A program made the translations under genes and the position numbers. From Antedon mediterranea (taxonomy: Eukaryota; Animalia; Echinodermata), in assembly GCF_964355755.1 (NCBI RefSeq), contig NC_092670.1:12944795-13008794 (forward strand): 64,000 nt of DNA, given 5' to 3'. Under the pieces are notes generated by a model, which did not search any database, was not told where the DNA came from, and worked only from the letters and a program-made list of their open reading frames with translations. This document shows positions 49,905-62,429 of the stretch, piece by piece (the first letter of the stretch is position 1; each line of letters opens with the position of its first letter).

Positions 49905-50098
49905 TGTCTTTTCCACTGCTGAAAACCAACATTAAATCCAATAATCTTTTCAATTTCCACTTAAAACTAAGATTAAATTCAACCATCTTTCCCATTTCCA
50001 CTTAAAACCAACATTAAATCCAACAATCTTTGCCATTTCCACTTAAAACCAAAATTAAATCCAATCATCTTTACATTTCCACTGAAAACCAGCATTAA
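49905..50098. repeat. About 41-bp degenerate tandem repeat (TTTCCACTTAAAACCAACATTAAATCCAAC...), about 5 copies
   Basis: Direct inspection. Confidence 0.75.
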
Positions 50099-50499
50099 TC
50101 GTCATCGTGGTTATATTCATCATCATCATCATCATTCTCTTTTTGGAGTCATAATTGTCGTGATCAACCTAAACACAATCATTATTACCAAACACTGTAC
50201 AACAATATATAACAAAGAAATTACTTTTATTACAAGAATTCTTTATTACATTTTCTTTGTTTAATCTATGGAAAAGATAATTTGTTTTTAAATAATAATA
50301 AAGTTATCCATCCATAATTTATAATTTTATACAAGAGCATATCGAATGAAATAAACTATTTTTGTTAGTGATGAAACAAAACGTTTATTAGTCGTTAGTA
50401 ATATTATGAGAATGTTATGTTAGTTGTTAATAAAATAATAATTACTGTTAGATAATATATTTCCTCCTGATGAATCAAAATTGTATATGGTATTCATTA

Positions 50500-50890
50500 T
50501 ATGTTATCATCTTTCACAAACATTGTCATCTTTAAAAAATGTCGTCATCCCTAACCAATGTCGTCATCCTTAACCAATTTTATCATCTTTAACCATTTTC
50601 GTCAGCTTTACTCTATGCTGCCATCTTTGACCAATATCGTAATCTTTGACCAACATCTTCATCTTTAATCAATATCGTTATTCTTGACCAATATCGTTAT
50701 TCTTGACCAATATCGTTACCTTTACCAATATCGTTATCTTTGACCAATTTCGTCATCTTTAACCAATTTTGCCAACTTTACTCAATATTGTTGTCTTTGA
50801 CCAATGTTGTCATCTTTAAGCAATGTCGTCATTTTTCATCCGTGTCGTCATCTTTCACAAATATCCTCATTTTTAACCAATTTCGTCATG
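50500..50890. repeat. Degenerate 18-bp tandem repeat (ACCAATATCGTCATCTTT) running from the stop codon region into the 3' UTR of ZU5 copy 2
   Basis: Direct inspection. Confidence 0.75.
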
Positions 50891-53800
50891 TTTATTGTCA
50901 AAAACCTCTTCATCTTCCGATCCCGAATCGTTGTGGGAGAATTCAGCCGTAGAACGCTTGTCGCAAAGTGACAATGATTCTAAATGAATATAAAGGAAAC
51001 ATAATACTGTAGTAACACTCAATAAACACATTAGTTAGCGATATTTGTTTGTATGTATTGATGACGACGAAACAGGGACACTTCTTTTAGAATTTCTAAA
51101 AAGTTCACAATACCTTCAATTTCTTCTTTGACTACACTTGATGCTTGTAAGATGTCCGCGTCTTCTAGAAATTTCTGAAGTGGTGTGAGCAATTCAAGTG
51201 TGTTCCCACAAGTGTCGTTGATGGCCGTGTAAAGATTAATGGCAAACGATTTGAAGTATGGTAATGTTCTGAAATGGTTTGCCTGTGCTTCACTGAAGTC
51301 GAAAGCAAGCCTACAGAACTGAACCCAATGCTCACATTGTCCAAACTCTGTTATCATATTGAAACGATATTTGGAAAGTAGAGCAGAGAATGTACGCAAG
51401 TCTTTCTGCCAATGAAGCGTACCAGAAAGCTGTAAATACAAAGCGGTTATAATAGTGTTTTTTTTTTAAACTCAAAGTGTCGTGTCTATTAATCTAGGAT
51501 AAACTGGGCAAACGGAACATACTGTATCTTTGTCCATGGATAAACGAAAGGAAATTTGGTACCTTGGACCGTTCCTATTTTAAGACTATTAAAGTATTCT
51601 GTTCTCTCGTTATGAAGAAATGAGTTACTCCATCACCGCTGTATGGTGTGCATATTTACACATAAATGAAACAGTAACAGTACTGTATGCGGGCTAAATA
51701 ATGCAACAAAACCTACCGCGTGTGAATCTTTAAGTGTTATATTTAATTCAAAACTGTCTTCCTTAAGTTCTTGCCGGCACTTGATAGAAGCATTTCTGTA
51801 CACGGTACTAGGGACTTTGAAAGACAACTTTGTAAACGTTTGGTGACCACAGATTATGTTCCCAATATGAATTCTCTAAAAAAAACAACATTTAAAAATT
51901 CCAATACTATCATCGAAAGTGGAAGATGGACATCGTCAAAGGTCGAACTTAATATTTGGTAAATTTTTTATTAGGCCTATTATTTTTTAACAATGAATGG
52001 CACCCAACTTGATTATTTCTGTCTCCTAATCTTCTCACCTAGGCTGCTCATGTATTTATGTATTAGCCCTTCTGTTTTTATTCCGTCTGCTATTTGTTTT
52101 AGGCCCTTTACAATTGCTATTGGACATACAATTACTTAGAGCAATGCTTACCTCTTCTATGCCAAACACATTCATTATCAGAAACTCTCCTCCAAGCTGA
52201 TTTAGCAGGATAGTTTTCTCGGTACATTCCTGAAGTTTAAAAATTTAACATTTGTATTAAAGTTGTGCTGTAAACATTGTTCAATTAAAATTTAGTAAGC
52301 AACTTATGGAATTTTTCTTCATTTCATACGCGAAACTGAACACGAGCACGTAATTATCTGGTATCTGTACAATTACGTCAGATTAGAGCAAATCTTAATC
52401 AATTAGTACTCAGACGCAGGCACTACAAATTATCATCATACATTAATTTTGTTTCTTCTAAAAAAGAAATAGGTAGCTTTCTATTTGCAACGACCAACGA
52501 CCAAAGTTCATGTTAATTAATTGTGCGCATGCGGAGATATTGGGACGTGACGTGTCCTCGACGCAGGCGATGACCTGACTTAGTTTGGTCGTCGGTCGTC
52601 GAAAATCGCAAATCGAAAACTCCAACTTACATCAGCATTTTTAGAATCGTCTGTGTCCGCTTTCTTAACGGTGATTGACAGTTCATCACTCTTTACGTTC
52701 TCAATAACTGCCCCCATTTTCACTGTCATGAAATGTTTGATTGGAACGTCATAAGGCCCGTCTGAATCCGAAATATTTTTACGCTTAGGACTTCCATTCA
52801 GTTTGAAATCCATTACGTGATTTAATATCTGTAATGTGTGAATCCATCTTGTTTCCTGTTTTATCGAAATACTTTTCGACTTTAAAGGCTCCCAACTTGT
52901 ATCGTTGGATCGTCTGACTTTTGGCTCATACGTCCACTCACTGCCATCAACCATATACAAATCAATTGTTAGAAAAATAGATTGTTGAAGTTCAGTCACT
53001 GGTCCAACTACAATAACTGGACTAACCTGGTACTGTATACACACACCCCCAACTTGTCTGGTGTCATCCGGGTCTTTGTTGACACGGTAGATGAACAAAA
53101 CCGTAGGCTTCTGCAGCGCTCCATTTGGTATCGTCAAGTGCGCTCCATTTACTGTCAAAATTCCCCCGTCTTCCTTAAATATACCAGCAGAGAAATGTCC
53201 CTGCTTAAAATTGCTGTCGAATGGATTGGATGTATCGTGGTAAATATGAGACAGAAATGCTTCGTAGCGTGAAGCAAGACCTTTGAAATTGGTTTCAATG
53301 TTTGTTGGAATATTTGAATTTGAAAGATCGTCACGTGGTGGCAGTGGAAGCGGAACCTAAAAATAGAAAGATGGAAAAAATATTACAAATAGGGCAACAG
53401 ATGCCACTCAAGATTTCAAGGTCTACATTTTTATTCAGCTCTATGAAACAAAAAAGTACAAATGGAGAAAAACCAATTACCTTTGGAATCATGAATGCAT
53501 AATCATCTTCCGGCGTTATCAATTCTTTACTTTCTAGGATAGATTCAGGTACGATTATAGCTGGAGCAGGTTTTGTTCGTTTTTTAGGCATAGGGGCAGG
53601 TGGTCGCTTTTTCTTCTTAATTTCACTAATCGTTGCATACAGAGAGTTATTACATTCTGTGTTTCCTGTGACCCTATCTAATTCATCATTCTTTGTTCCG
53701 TCAGGTGTTTCAGTTGTGTTGTCTTTAGATAGTGTCTTACTTTTCTTATCAGGTTGCAGTACGCTTTTATTTTGATCCTGTTTAGGGGTCTTTTTTTGTC

Positions 53801-54269
53801 TGTGTTCGACCTGATCTTTTTGTGGATTTTGAGATATTTCGTGAGAGAGATTTGTGTTTACAGGCTTCAGTTGTATCTGCTTTATAGTATTAACGTTTTC
53901 ATTCGTGGTGATAACTTGCTTTGTTGCATTCTCATCTCTTGGTGTCACTTTTCTCAGCCGGTTTTTTCCAGCGACAAAGTCAACGTTAGAAGACATCATC
54001 ATCATAGCATTTTTGGTTAAAGACGGATTGATTCGCTTGATCATATAATCCCTTTTCACATTAACATCTTCGGTGTTTGGAAATACTTTGCCCTCTTCGT
54101 CTCCAATGACTCTTGCATCTACAATACGAATATCTGAAACTTTTCTCTCTGAAGGACGTCTCAGAAGTGGCTTAGGTTGATGAGGAACCTCCGCCTCCTC
54201 GGACTCCTCGGTCGTCGCCTTATTCGCTTCCTCAGGAATATCATCCATAATGTCTTCTCCCTGCTCCAT
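50873..54269 (-). CDS. Cytoplasmic ZU5-UPA-like-death-like adaptor, copy 2, about 724 aa; exons 54269..53481, 53356..52631, 52229..52152, 51875..51717, 51429..51114, 50979..50873
   Basis: Paralog of copy 1 with the same exon structure; shares the ZU5 core, SFKVPSTVYRNASI, RFNMITEFGQ..HW.QFCRLAFDFS and DSGSED. Confidence 0.75.
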
Positions 54270-55879
54270 ATGTAATCACTGTATACAGCTGCAAGGTGAT
54301 GACAATTTTCTATTTAGAAAGATAAGGTTATAGCTACAATTTGGAAGGTTAAGTGATTTGACTGTCTGCGTTCGTAAGAGATCCCGATCGGTCGTCGATA
54401 GTTCATATTTTCGGATTCATTACTTATAATTAAAAGATAATCCTTCAAAACACACCCTGGGTATAAATAGTTGTTTGGAGTATAATGAGACAAAGAACTG
54501 ATGGTTCTGAACTGTGTCGAGTGGGATCTATATAGGAAAATATAACAGAGTTCTTAGAGTGACAAAATAAACTTATCGACAAAGGTTTAGACAAAATTAA
54601 TAAGACAACCAGTTTACGATTTGAACCGTGTGGCAGACTATACATATGAATCATATAAGTATGATATAATTTATTGCCGCGTCAAAAAAACATGGCGACA
54701 CCACAGTTTTATGTATAATTATATAATTTGCCGGAAGTAAGAAAAAATCATCATTCCGGTATACGTTTTACCGTAACAATATGCCTAATGCTCTAAAACA
54801 GAAATAATAATAATAATAATAATAATAAAAATACTGTTAATTTCTATAGTAGTTAGAAGCTAAAATTTTACCTTAATGATCGTCATAAACCATTTCCAAA
54901 AAAAATAGTGATTGTCGCTATATTTGCCAACAGTGTATTTTATTTCCACTGTCGTATGTGTTTAGTATTTGGTTAACTTTTTTCTTTATCTCACACAATG
55001 ATATCTATTCTATATACACGGAAGTCAGTTGAAAACGTTCCTACACAATGCATTTTAACAAGTTGAAGAGCTTATCTTTAACAATAACTGGTGATATGTA
55101 TAAAAGTTTCTTGCCCAGAGGTATAGCAGCTCTTTTGTTATGTCTCTCGGTGTGTTTTGTACTGACTGATCTAGCCTAAATTCCCCAGACAAGTGTAATA
55201 TTCTTTTTATAGACTCTTTTTTACAAACTTTAGAAACTAATAAATAACGTTTGAAAGAAATTGTATCCATTAGCGTTATTTCCCATAAGTTCCTAATATT
55301 TCTATAGGTCTATCCACGACTCAGTTTCTCGACGTTTGTATATACTTCGATCATCTCCAGGAGTGACGTTGTGCTCCACGAACTTTAGGCCTATATATAA
55401 TATAAACCATAATAACTTGCATTCAGCTATCGTTAAAGATTATACGTATTTGTGCCAACTCGCACTACTATAGTTTTTACTATTTAAACTTTCTATATAC
55501 AAATACACCAAACCAATTCGCTTCTTGACATCTTTTTATATAGTATTTTGTCTTTGTATTGTCAACATTATTCTCCTGCAGTTACTGCATTATTGGTCAT
55601 CACACTATTATATCGACTATCGAATCAAACTCAAATCATGTTAAAGCAGTAAAATGTAGTTACCACAGTAAAAATAATTTTGACAAGATCACTATTTGCT
55701 TCGATAAATAAAAAAAGTGAAATACTAATTAGTTAGTAGTAACATGGCACGTTGTGCGATAATCACCGAGCTGGTAGTGGCTCTGATGGATTAACGTTCC
55801 GTTTATAACAAATGCTTTTCTTTGGTTTTAAACTAATCCCATACGTTATGCAATCTTTAGTAAATTGTTTACAATTCTT

Positions 55880-57465
55880 AATAGGTGATCATTTAGAATA
55901 AAATGATCACCTATTGTTATTGTATTAAATCTTTATTATTCTTCTTCTTCTTTCTTTACACTTTTTGTTTAACAAATATCTCAAAAAGTTGAATGTCAAT
56001 GATTACCAAAATTTCACAATGTCTTTCAAATACTGTAACTTAGTCCTAATAAGCTTTTCAGCGTGATCACTCATCCGTGACAACACGTATACGCCATTTT
56101 GTGAAATCACATATCAATCATATCTCCATAATTCATTATCACATATTAATAAAATTCACTACACGTAAACTTCAGGTCAAGGTAAAAAATATTAGCAAAT
56201 AAAAACTTGTACGTTTCAAGGTCATGCGCGTGAAATCGCGCGTTAAAAATTTAAAAAGCTCAAAATTAAGTTTTGATCAATTTAGAGCATGAATTAGGCA
56301 ATTTGCATGTTTCAAAAAATTACTGCGCAAAAACACGTTTTTGCGTACGCGATTCTTAGAAGGCGTAAAAAATAAAATTTGATGTATAAATCACATTCTA
56401 CTCACAATTCTTTGTACATTCACCGATCTTGAGTCCATTCCGACTTAAAATAACGGTATACGAGCACGTTAAAAATGACGAAATGCGCACATAAATTTCA
56501 CAAAAGTTCTGAAAATGGTGAAAAATATGTCTTTTTTAAAATGAAAATAACTCTTCAGAATGCACGATGACCCCTAAGTTTTTTAACTTATTCGGGAAGC
56601 CATTGAGTTTTAGATATAAATGTATATACACATTAAACGTACAAAATGGTATTACGTCATCAAATGGCCACTTGAATTTAACAATTAGGATTTTTTTCCG
56701 TTTTGTGTAAGTTATCACATTCAATAGAGCGCATCTCCGCTATTTGAGCTCGATTTTTGCACAAATTTCAGTGTGTGCTTGCTTAATTATTTATCTTTCT
56801 CATAAGTTGTCAGTGTTTTCATTTTGATGACGTCATCAAGCGTAAAAATTTGAATAACGTAGGTCGTGTAATTTCACCTTCGCCGTAAATTTGAATATCT
56901 TACAGCTCTTCAGAATTGAAGGTTACCTTGATGATTATAATTTATTATGAAAGCTGATGAAATTTAGATATGAATTCATATAAAAACCAAGCCTATCGGA
57001 TGTTGTGACGTTAACATATGGCCAGATGAAGTTAAAAAGTAGTTTTTTCATCTTTTTCGTCAAAGTTATACACATTTCAAAGAGCGCGCACAGCGCTTCT
57101 ACGTGCCAGATTCTCTTCCAATTCTTATATTTATTTGCTCAATTCATTATCTTTTGAAATTGTCATCTTTGAGTTTATTTTGATAATTCCATCATACCAA
57201 AAAATTAGAACATGATGTGTGTCCCGTAATTTCACCTATGCTACACTGTATATAGATATACAGTATATACTGTACATATTGTATGGCATATAATACTAAT
57301 AGGCACAACTCAGCACTATAAGCGTATGCATCATGTCATAGGATGGCGTACATCAACTTTTTACGATCGTATGTTAACGTACATGCATGTTTAAAAAGTG
57401 TTAATTTCATTAAAATGATAAAAATGATCACCTATAATTCGTCAAAGTGACGAATTAAATTCTAG
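55880..57465 (+). mobile_element. Non-autonomous Helentron/HINE (DINE-1-like) element, about 1.6 kb
   Basis: 5' subterminal IR ATAGGTGATCATTT with its complement nearby (55901-55914), a TTA/TTC microsatellite, a 3' copy AAATGATCACCTAT (57422-57435), stem-loop AATTCGTCA-AAG-TGACGAATT and terminal CTAG. Confidence 0.8.
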
Positions 57466-57662
57466 TTACATGTGTTGTTGTTAATATGCTTTTGACTCAT
57501 TGTCTGGATATGAATAATCATGCTTTCCCAATTCTCAGTATTATAACCTTGGCGCTATCGTCATCGTAATAATAGCTGGAAGCTTTCGGTTATTAACAAT
57601 CAGGATATATAACCTTTGTGTTGTGAAGTTTGTCAACCCTATAGACGAACAGATCGCCCAGA

Positions 57663-60600
57663 CAGTTAGTCCAGTCAATCTAGCAAATAAAAGGGGGTGA
57701 CCCACCACTAATTGCAAAAGAATTTATTTCACTGCAGTGCATTTCAGCATGGCTCCCTAATCAACATACTAAAAGTCCCCAAAAATCTAAGCATGGGAAA
57801 TTTGCTAATTTGCATAATATGCAAATTAGCTTCCGCCATTAGAAAAAAATCAAAATATTGCCATAACTTTGGATTGGACTGTCCAATTGAAACAAATTAA
57901 GTGTTCAAAGGTATGTTGTCATGGTCAGTGAACAAGATAAACATACTTTTAAATTAATTATTTGATTCTAATTTGCATAATATGCAAATTAGTTATTGAA
58001 ATTGTGTAAAACAGATCAGAATTATGCTAAAACTTTAGTTTGGATGGTCTGATTTAAACAATTAAATCTTCAGAAGTATTAATGACCAATTACCATGATA
58101 GCCATACTTTTATTTCAATTCAGTATAATGCATATAATTTACATAATATGCAAATTAGCTCATAAATAGAAGTACCTTTATTCTGGGTATAAACATTAGA
58201 CTGGAAGCACCTAACTAAATAAGCAAGTACCGGTAAGGTTTTGGCAGAAAATATAAATGAACTAGAAGTCATATATCAGAAAGTCAGCAAAAGTATTCAT
58301 AATATATAAACAAGACAGTCATACCCTTAATCAAATTACAGTTTATGAATATTTACAAAATATGCAAATTACCAATAGACTGGATACACAAATACACAAC
58401 AAACAAGTGGGGTTTTCCTGAATACATGAACCATATAAAAAAGTCATCACATCTATGTGTGAATATTGTACATCATGAATTTCAGGTTTTACCATACACT
58501 GCATCCAGATTGTTAGGAATCAGTTATATAAATCATTTTGGAACATTTCATAGAATGATGGGACTCATTGCCACTTTTACACCAGAAAAATGTCTACATA
58601 AACCTGTACCTAGAATGTCAGTTACAACATCATCAAAGTAGGCAGGATTAACATCAAAACTTTCAAATCCCAGCACACAGGACTTCAATCAATGGAAGTG
58701 TATGATTCAACGTATCATGTTGATCTTCTGTGGGACGTGGTATTTGCTCTTCGCCCCAAAATGCCTGGGTGGTCAGGTCTAATGCAGGCCGTAAATCATG
58801 GTAATTATCCTGGAAAATCATTGATGCGATTCCTGCTCATGATAGATTTAAATCCATCTGACATGTCATGTATCTTCTCCACACTCTCGTATGTTTGTGA
58901 ACAAGCTAAGGCATACAATGTCACACTCGTTATTACATTTGATCAACCACTTTGGTGGAAAGCCATGATGATCATCGAATCAGAGCCAGATTGCAGTTAT
59001 CTGAAGTCTATTGTCCTGAGACTAGAGGGCTTACATATGGAAATGAGCTTCTTGGGCTGCATTGGTTATATTATGGCAGGAAGTGGTCTACAAGTGATCC
59101 TTGAAGTAGCATATGCAGGAAATGCCGTCAAGCATATGCTGAGTGGAAAAGCAATCTCCAGAGCAGTCCGAGGACATCTCTTGGTTGATGCTGCCTTACA
59201 TACCATATTACTAGCTAATGCTTCCTATATCCCCTTTTCAACCTGATCAACTACAACACAATCGAGACACGGAAACAACCTGTGAGAACGATCAAACAAC
59301 AGAACATTTAGAAGAAATGGAAATAGAAGTTGATGCTGACATTATTCCAAACACACGGCCAGATCAAGATTTGCTCGAAGCCAGTAAGATTTTGGATAAT
59401 CTAATAAATGATCCCGACGCTCATATTGACCTTTCCTCTTCAGATGTCCTTACAAGAATTACTCATAGATTGAAAGACGAGCGGAACTTACTTAGTGATA
59501 AAAGGACTGCCCAACTCTGGTTGCAATATTTGGACATGGTTGCTGTTTTTAAAAAATTCATAAAAGCTGAACGTGGGAATTGGACTTTACATCTTTCAGC
59601 AGTAAAGGATATGTTACCTTTTTCTGCTGCGGCTGGGCATAACCTGTACACAAAATCTGCGTATCTGTACTTGCAAAAAATGTACCAACTCGAAAAGACT
59701 CACCCCAATGTCTACACCAACTTCATAAATGGTTTTCATGTGATTAGAAGAAGTGATCGGTACTGGGCAGGACTATCTACCGATCTTATTATTGAGCAAG
59801 TCCTAATGAGAAGTGTCAAAACAAGTGGACGTGGTGGGTTAACGAGAGGTAGAGGCATGACAGAAGTTCATCGGTTGACCTGGGTACTGGGAATGCCTTC
59901 TTGTGCCGAGGTAAACTTTGCAATGCAAGAGCTCACCAGTGTTAACTACAACACTAGGGAGCAACACAAAGACACATCACAATCTCGTCAAAAAAGAGAC
60001 ACAGAAGATACTTAAAACTAATCGAAGCATTCAAGGAGTGGGATCCATTTGGTAGTGAGTCATCACTGCGTAGCATAGTAAGTGGTGTTGCTGCTACTGA
60101 CAATGTAAATGTTGACCAGGCAAGGTATGTGGGCCAGCGTATACTTGAATCGATGGTTGGAAAGAACATTGATGAGTTCTCTTTCCAAAGGAAAAAAAAC
60201 AAGCAGTCACACTTGGATCCAAAACAGCTGTTGTCATTTGCGGAGATCCAGTCCAAGTTGATCCACAATTACTCTTTCAGCGATTAAGTGTTATCGCAAC
60301 ACGTGAAGAGGTGGGAGATCCCGCAAATTTATTTAAATATGAATTTTGCAGTCATCCAACTACATTATTCGATAATGTTGGGCTTCCAAGGGAGGCAAAT
60401 AAGGCGACACTAGCCGATGCCCTTTGGGAGATTGTAAAACAGGATCAGACAGACCCCTCCCCCCTCCCTTAATGATCCACATTATGTGCTTGATTGTGGT
60501 GCCCTCTTGCAACGTTTATCATGGTCAAGAGGTCAAACATTTGACACTATTTGTCATAAATATGTATCATATGTGACAAGTCAGTATGGAATTCCAACTA

Positions 60601-62429
60601 TTGTATTTGATGGTTATGAAGATGGACCTGCAATCAAAGATGCTACACACTGCAGACGTACAGGCAGTTCCAAGGGACCAAATTTTTTGTTTACAGGAGA
60701 GACTTTGCTAATTAAGAAGAAAAATGAATTTCTGACCAACAAAGTAAACAAGCAACGATTTCTTCATTTGCTGAGTTTACATCTTGAAAAGGCAGGTTAT
60801 ACAACAATTCATGCCAAAGGAGATGCAGATATCCTAATTGTCAAGACAGCAGTTGAGTCGGCAAGGGAGTTGGTGACGATCTGATTTGCTAATCCTGCTT
60901 TGCTATTATGGAGATACAATTGAGAAGGACCTCTTTTATACCAGAAATAAAGACCAACACCAAAAAGCACAAGGTATGGAACATACAGAAAACAGTGATG
61001 ATCTTGGGGAATAAATTATGTTCCAGACTTTTCTTTGTGCATGCTTTACTTGGATGCGACACAACGTCGAGAGTATTTGGTATAGATCGGAAATGTAGCA
61101 CTGAAGCAAGTCCAGAACAGTGTTGATTTCCAGCAATTTTCTGACCTGGTTACTAAAGAGGGTGCGACAAAGAAAGATATAATTGCAGCAGGAGAAGACT
61201 CTCTGATTCATCTCTATAAGGGCAAGTATGGTGAAAGTATATACGTTCTACGGTACAAGCGATTCTGTGAGAAGGTGGTAAAGAGTAGCACATGTGTTGA
61301 ACCACAGACATTGCCTTTGTAATCTGCAGCTACACAATACCATAGTCTGCCAGTATATTTTCAGATATAAACATGGAAAGAAACTGCTGCACAAATGAAA
61401 GCAGAAGAATTGAGATGGAAGGTAACTAATGGACAACTGCTGCCACACACATCTCCAGGCTGCACCTGAAAAGTTGATCAAGATAAATCAGATGTAACTG
61501 CAAAACTGGTTGCAGTACTAGCAGATGCACTTGTAAACTATATTCAATTAGTTGTACATGGATATGTGGGGTGTGCAAAGGTTCCAGTTGCACAAACTCT
61601 TCTTCAGTAGATATAGATGATCTCAGTGATAATGATTGATATGCTTTACAACATTTGAAATTCCAGAATCATAAAGTGCTTTATTTATTCCCGATTATTT
61701 TTAAACAGGTAAAATCAAGAACAATATTACAGTTTAGATGATCCGAATTTGCCTAAATTATATGCAAATTTGATTTAAATTTTAAAATCAAGGTGGTTCT
61801 TTAGACATTGTTTTATTGAATCCAAATTTAAGATCCTCGTTGCGTGATTACTGTATGAAGGAGCTAATTACAAATTATACATAATCCTATTAATGTTATT
61901 AATATGCATATTTTCATTTCGAAAATTCACTATTAAAACAAAAATACGACATTTGGAATGTTAATTTTGAATAATATGCAAATTTATTCTAATTTATTCC
62001 TAACGCGTGTTTAATCTTTCTATTGACCATGAAAATGTGAGTTTTACTGCTTAGTTTGATTGAATTGCAGCATTTTATGCACATTTATAAAGAAAATAGA
62101 TTAATTCATAATGAAAAAAGGCTAATTTGCATATTATGCAAATTAGACAAATTTCCCATGTTGGGATTTTGGGGGACTTTTAGTATAGTGTTTAGGGGAC
62201 CATACTAAAATGTATTGTAGTAAAAAAAATTCTTTTGCAATTAGTGGTGGGTGAAGGTACTATTTTGACTGGACTAAGTGGCGTTACGCAGGTGACAAGG
62301 AAGGGCCCCTGGTTTAACACGCAGGGCCCTTCAACCCTGGATAGTTGCTTTGATGCTTCTATGCTTCGGGGCCCCAAAACTCTCGGACCCCTGGGTTAAG
62401 CCAGTGAGCGCTCATAGCCGTTACCACTG
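57663..62429. mobile_element. Short hAT-type MITE split by the second Academ insertion (57663-57666 + 62280-62429)
   Basis: Removing the Academ and one TSD restores CAGTGGCGTTAC...GTTACCACTG, flanked by CGCCCAGA / CACCCAGA (7/8-matching 8-bp TSD). Confidence 0.65.
57667..62276 (+). mobile_element. AcademX DNA transposon with frameshifted, 5'-truncated transposase (about 58650-61640)
   Basis: Termini TAGTCCAGTCAA...TTGACTGGACTA; 3-bp TSD AGT; subterminal IRs. Motifs TFDQPLWWKA, MAGSGL, HMLSGKAISRAVRGH, GNWTLHL, DLIIEQVLMRS..GGLTRGRG, FDGY, GDAD, HALLGCDTTSR and a Cys-rich C-terminus. Confidence 0.92.

Noticed and set aside
58692-61481. Host genes in the 58.7-61.5 kb ORFs
   Set aside because: They are frameshifted pieces of one Academ transposase between TIRs.
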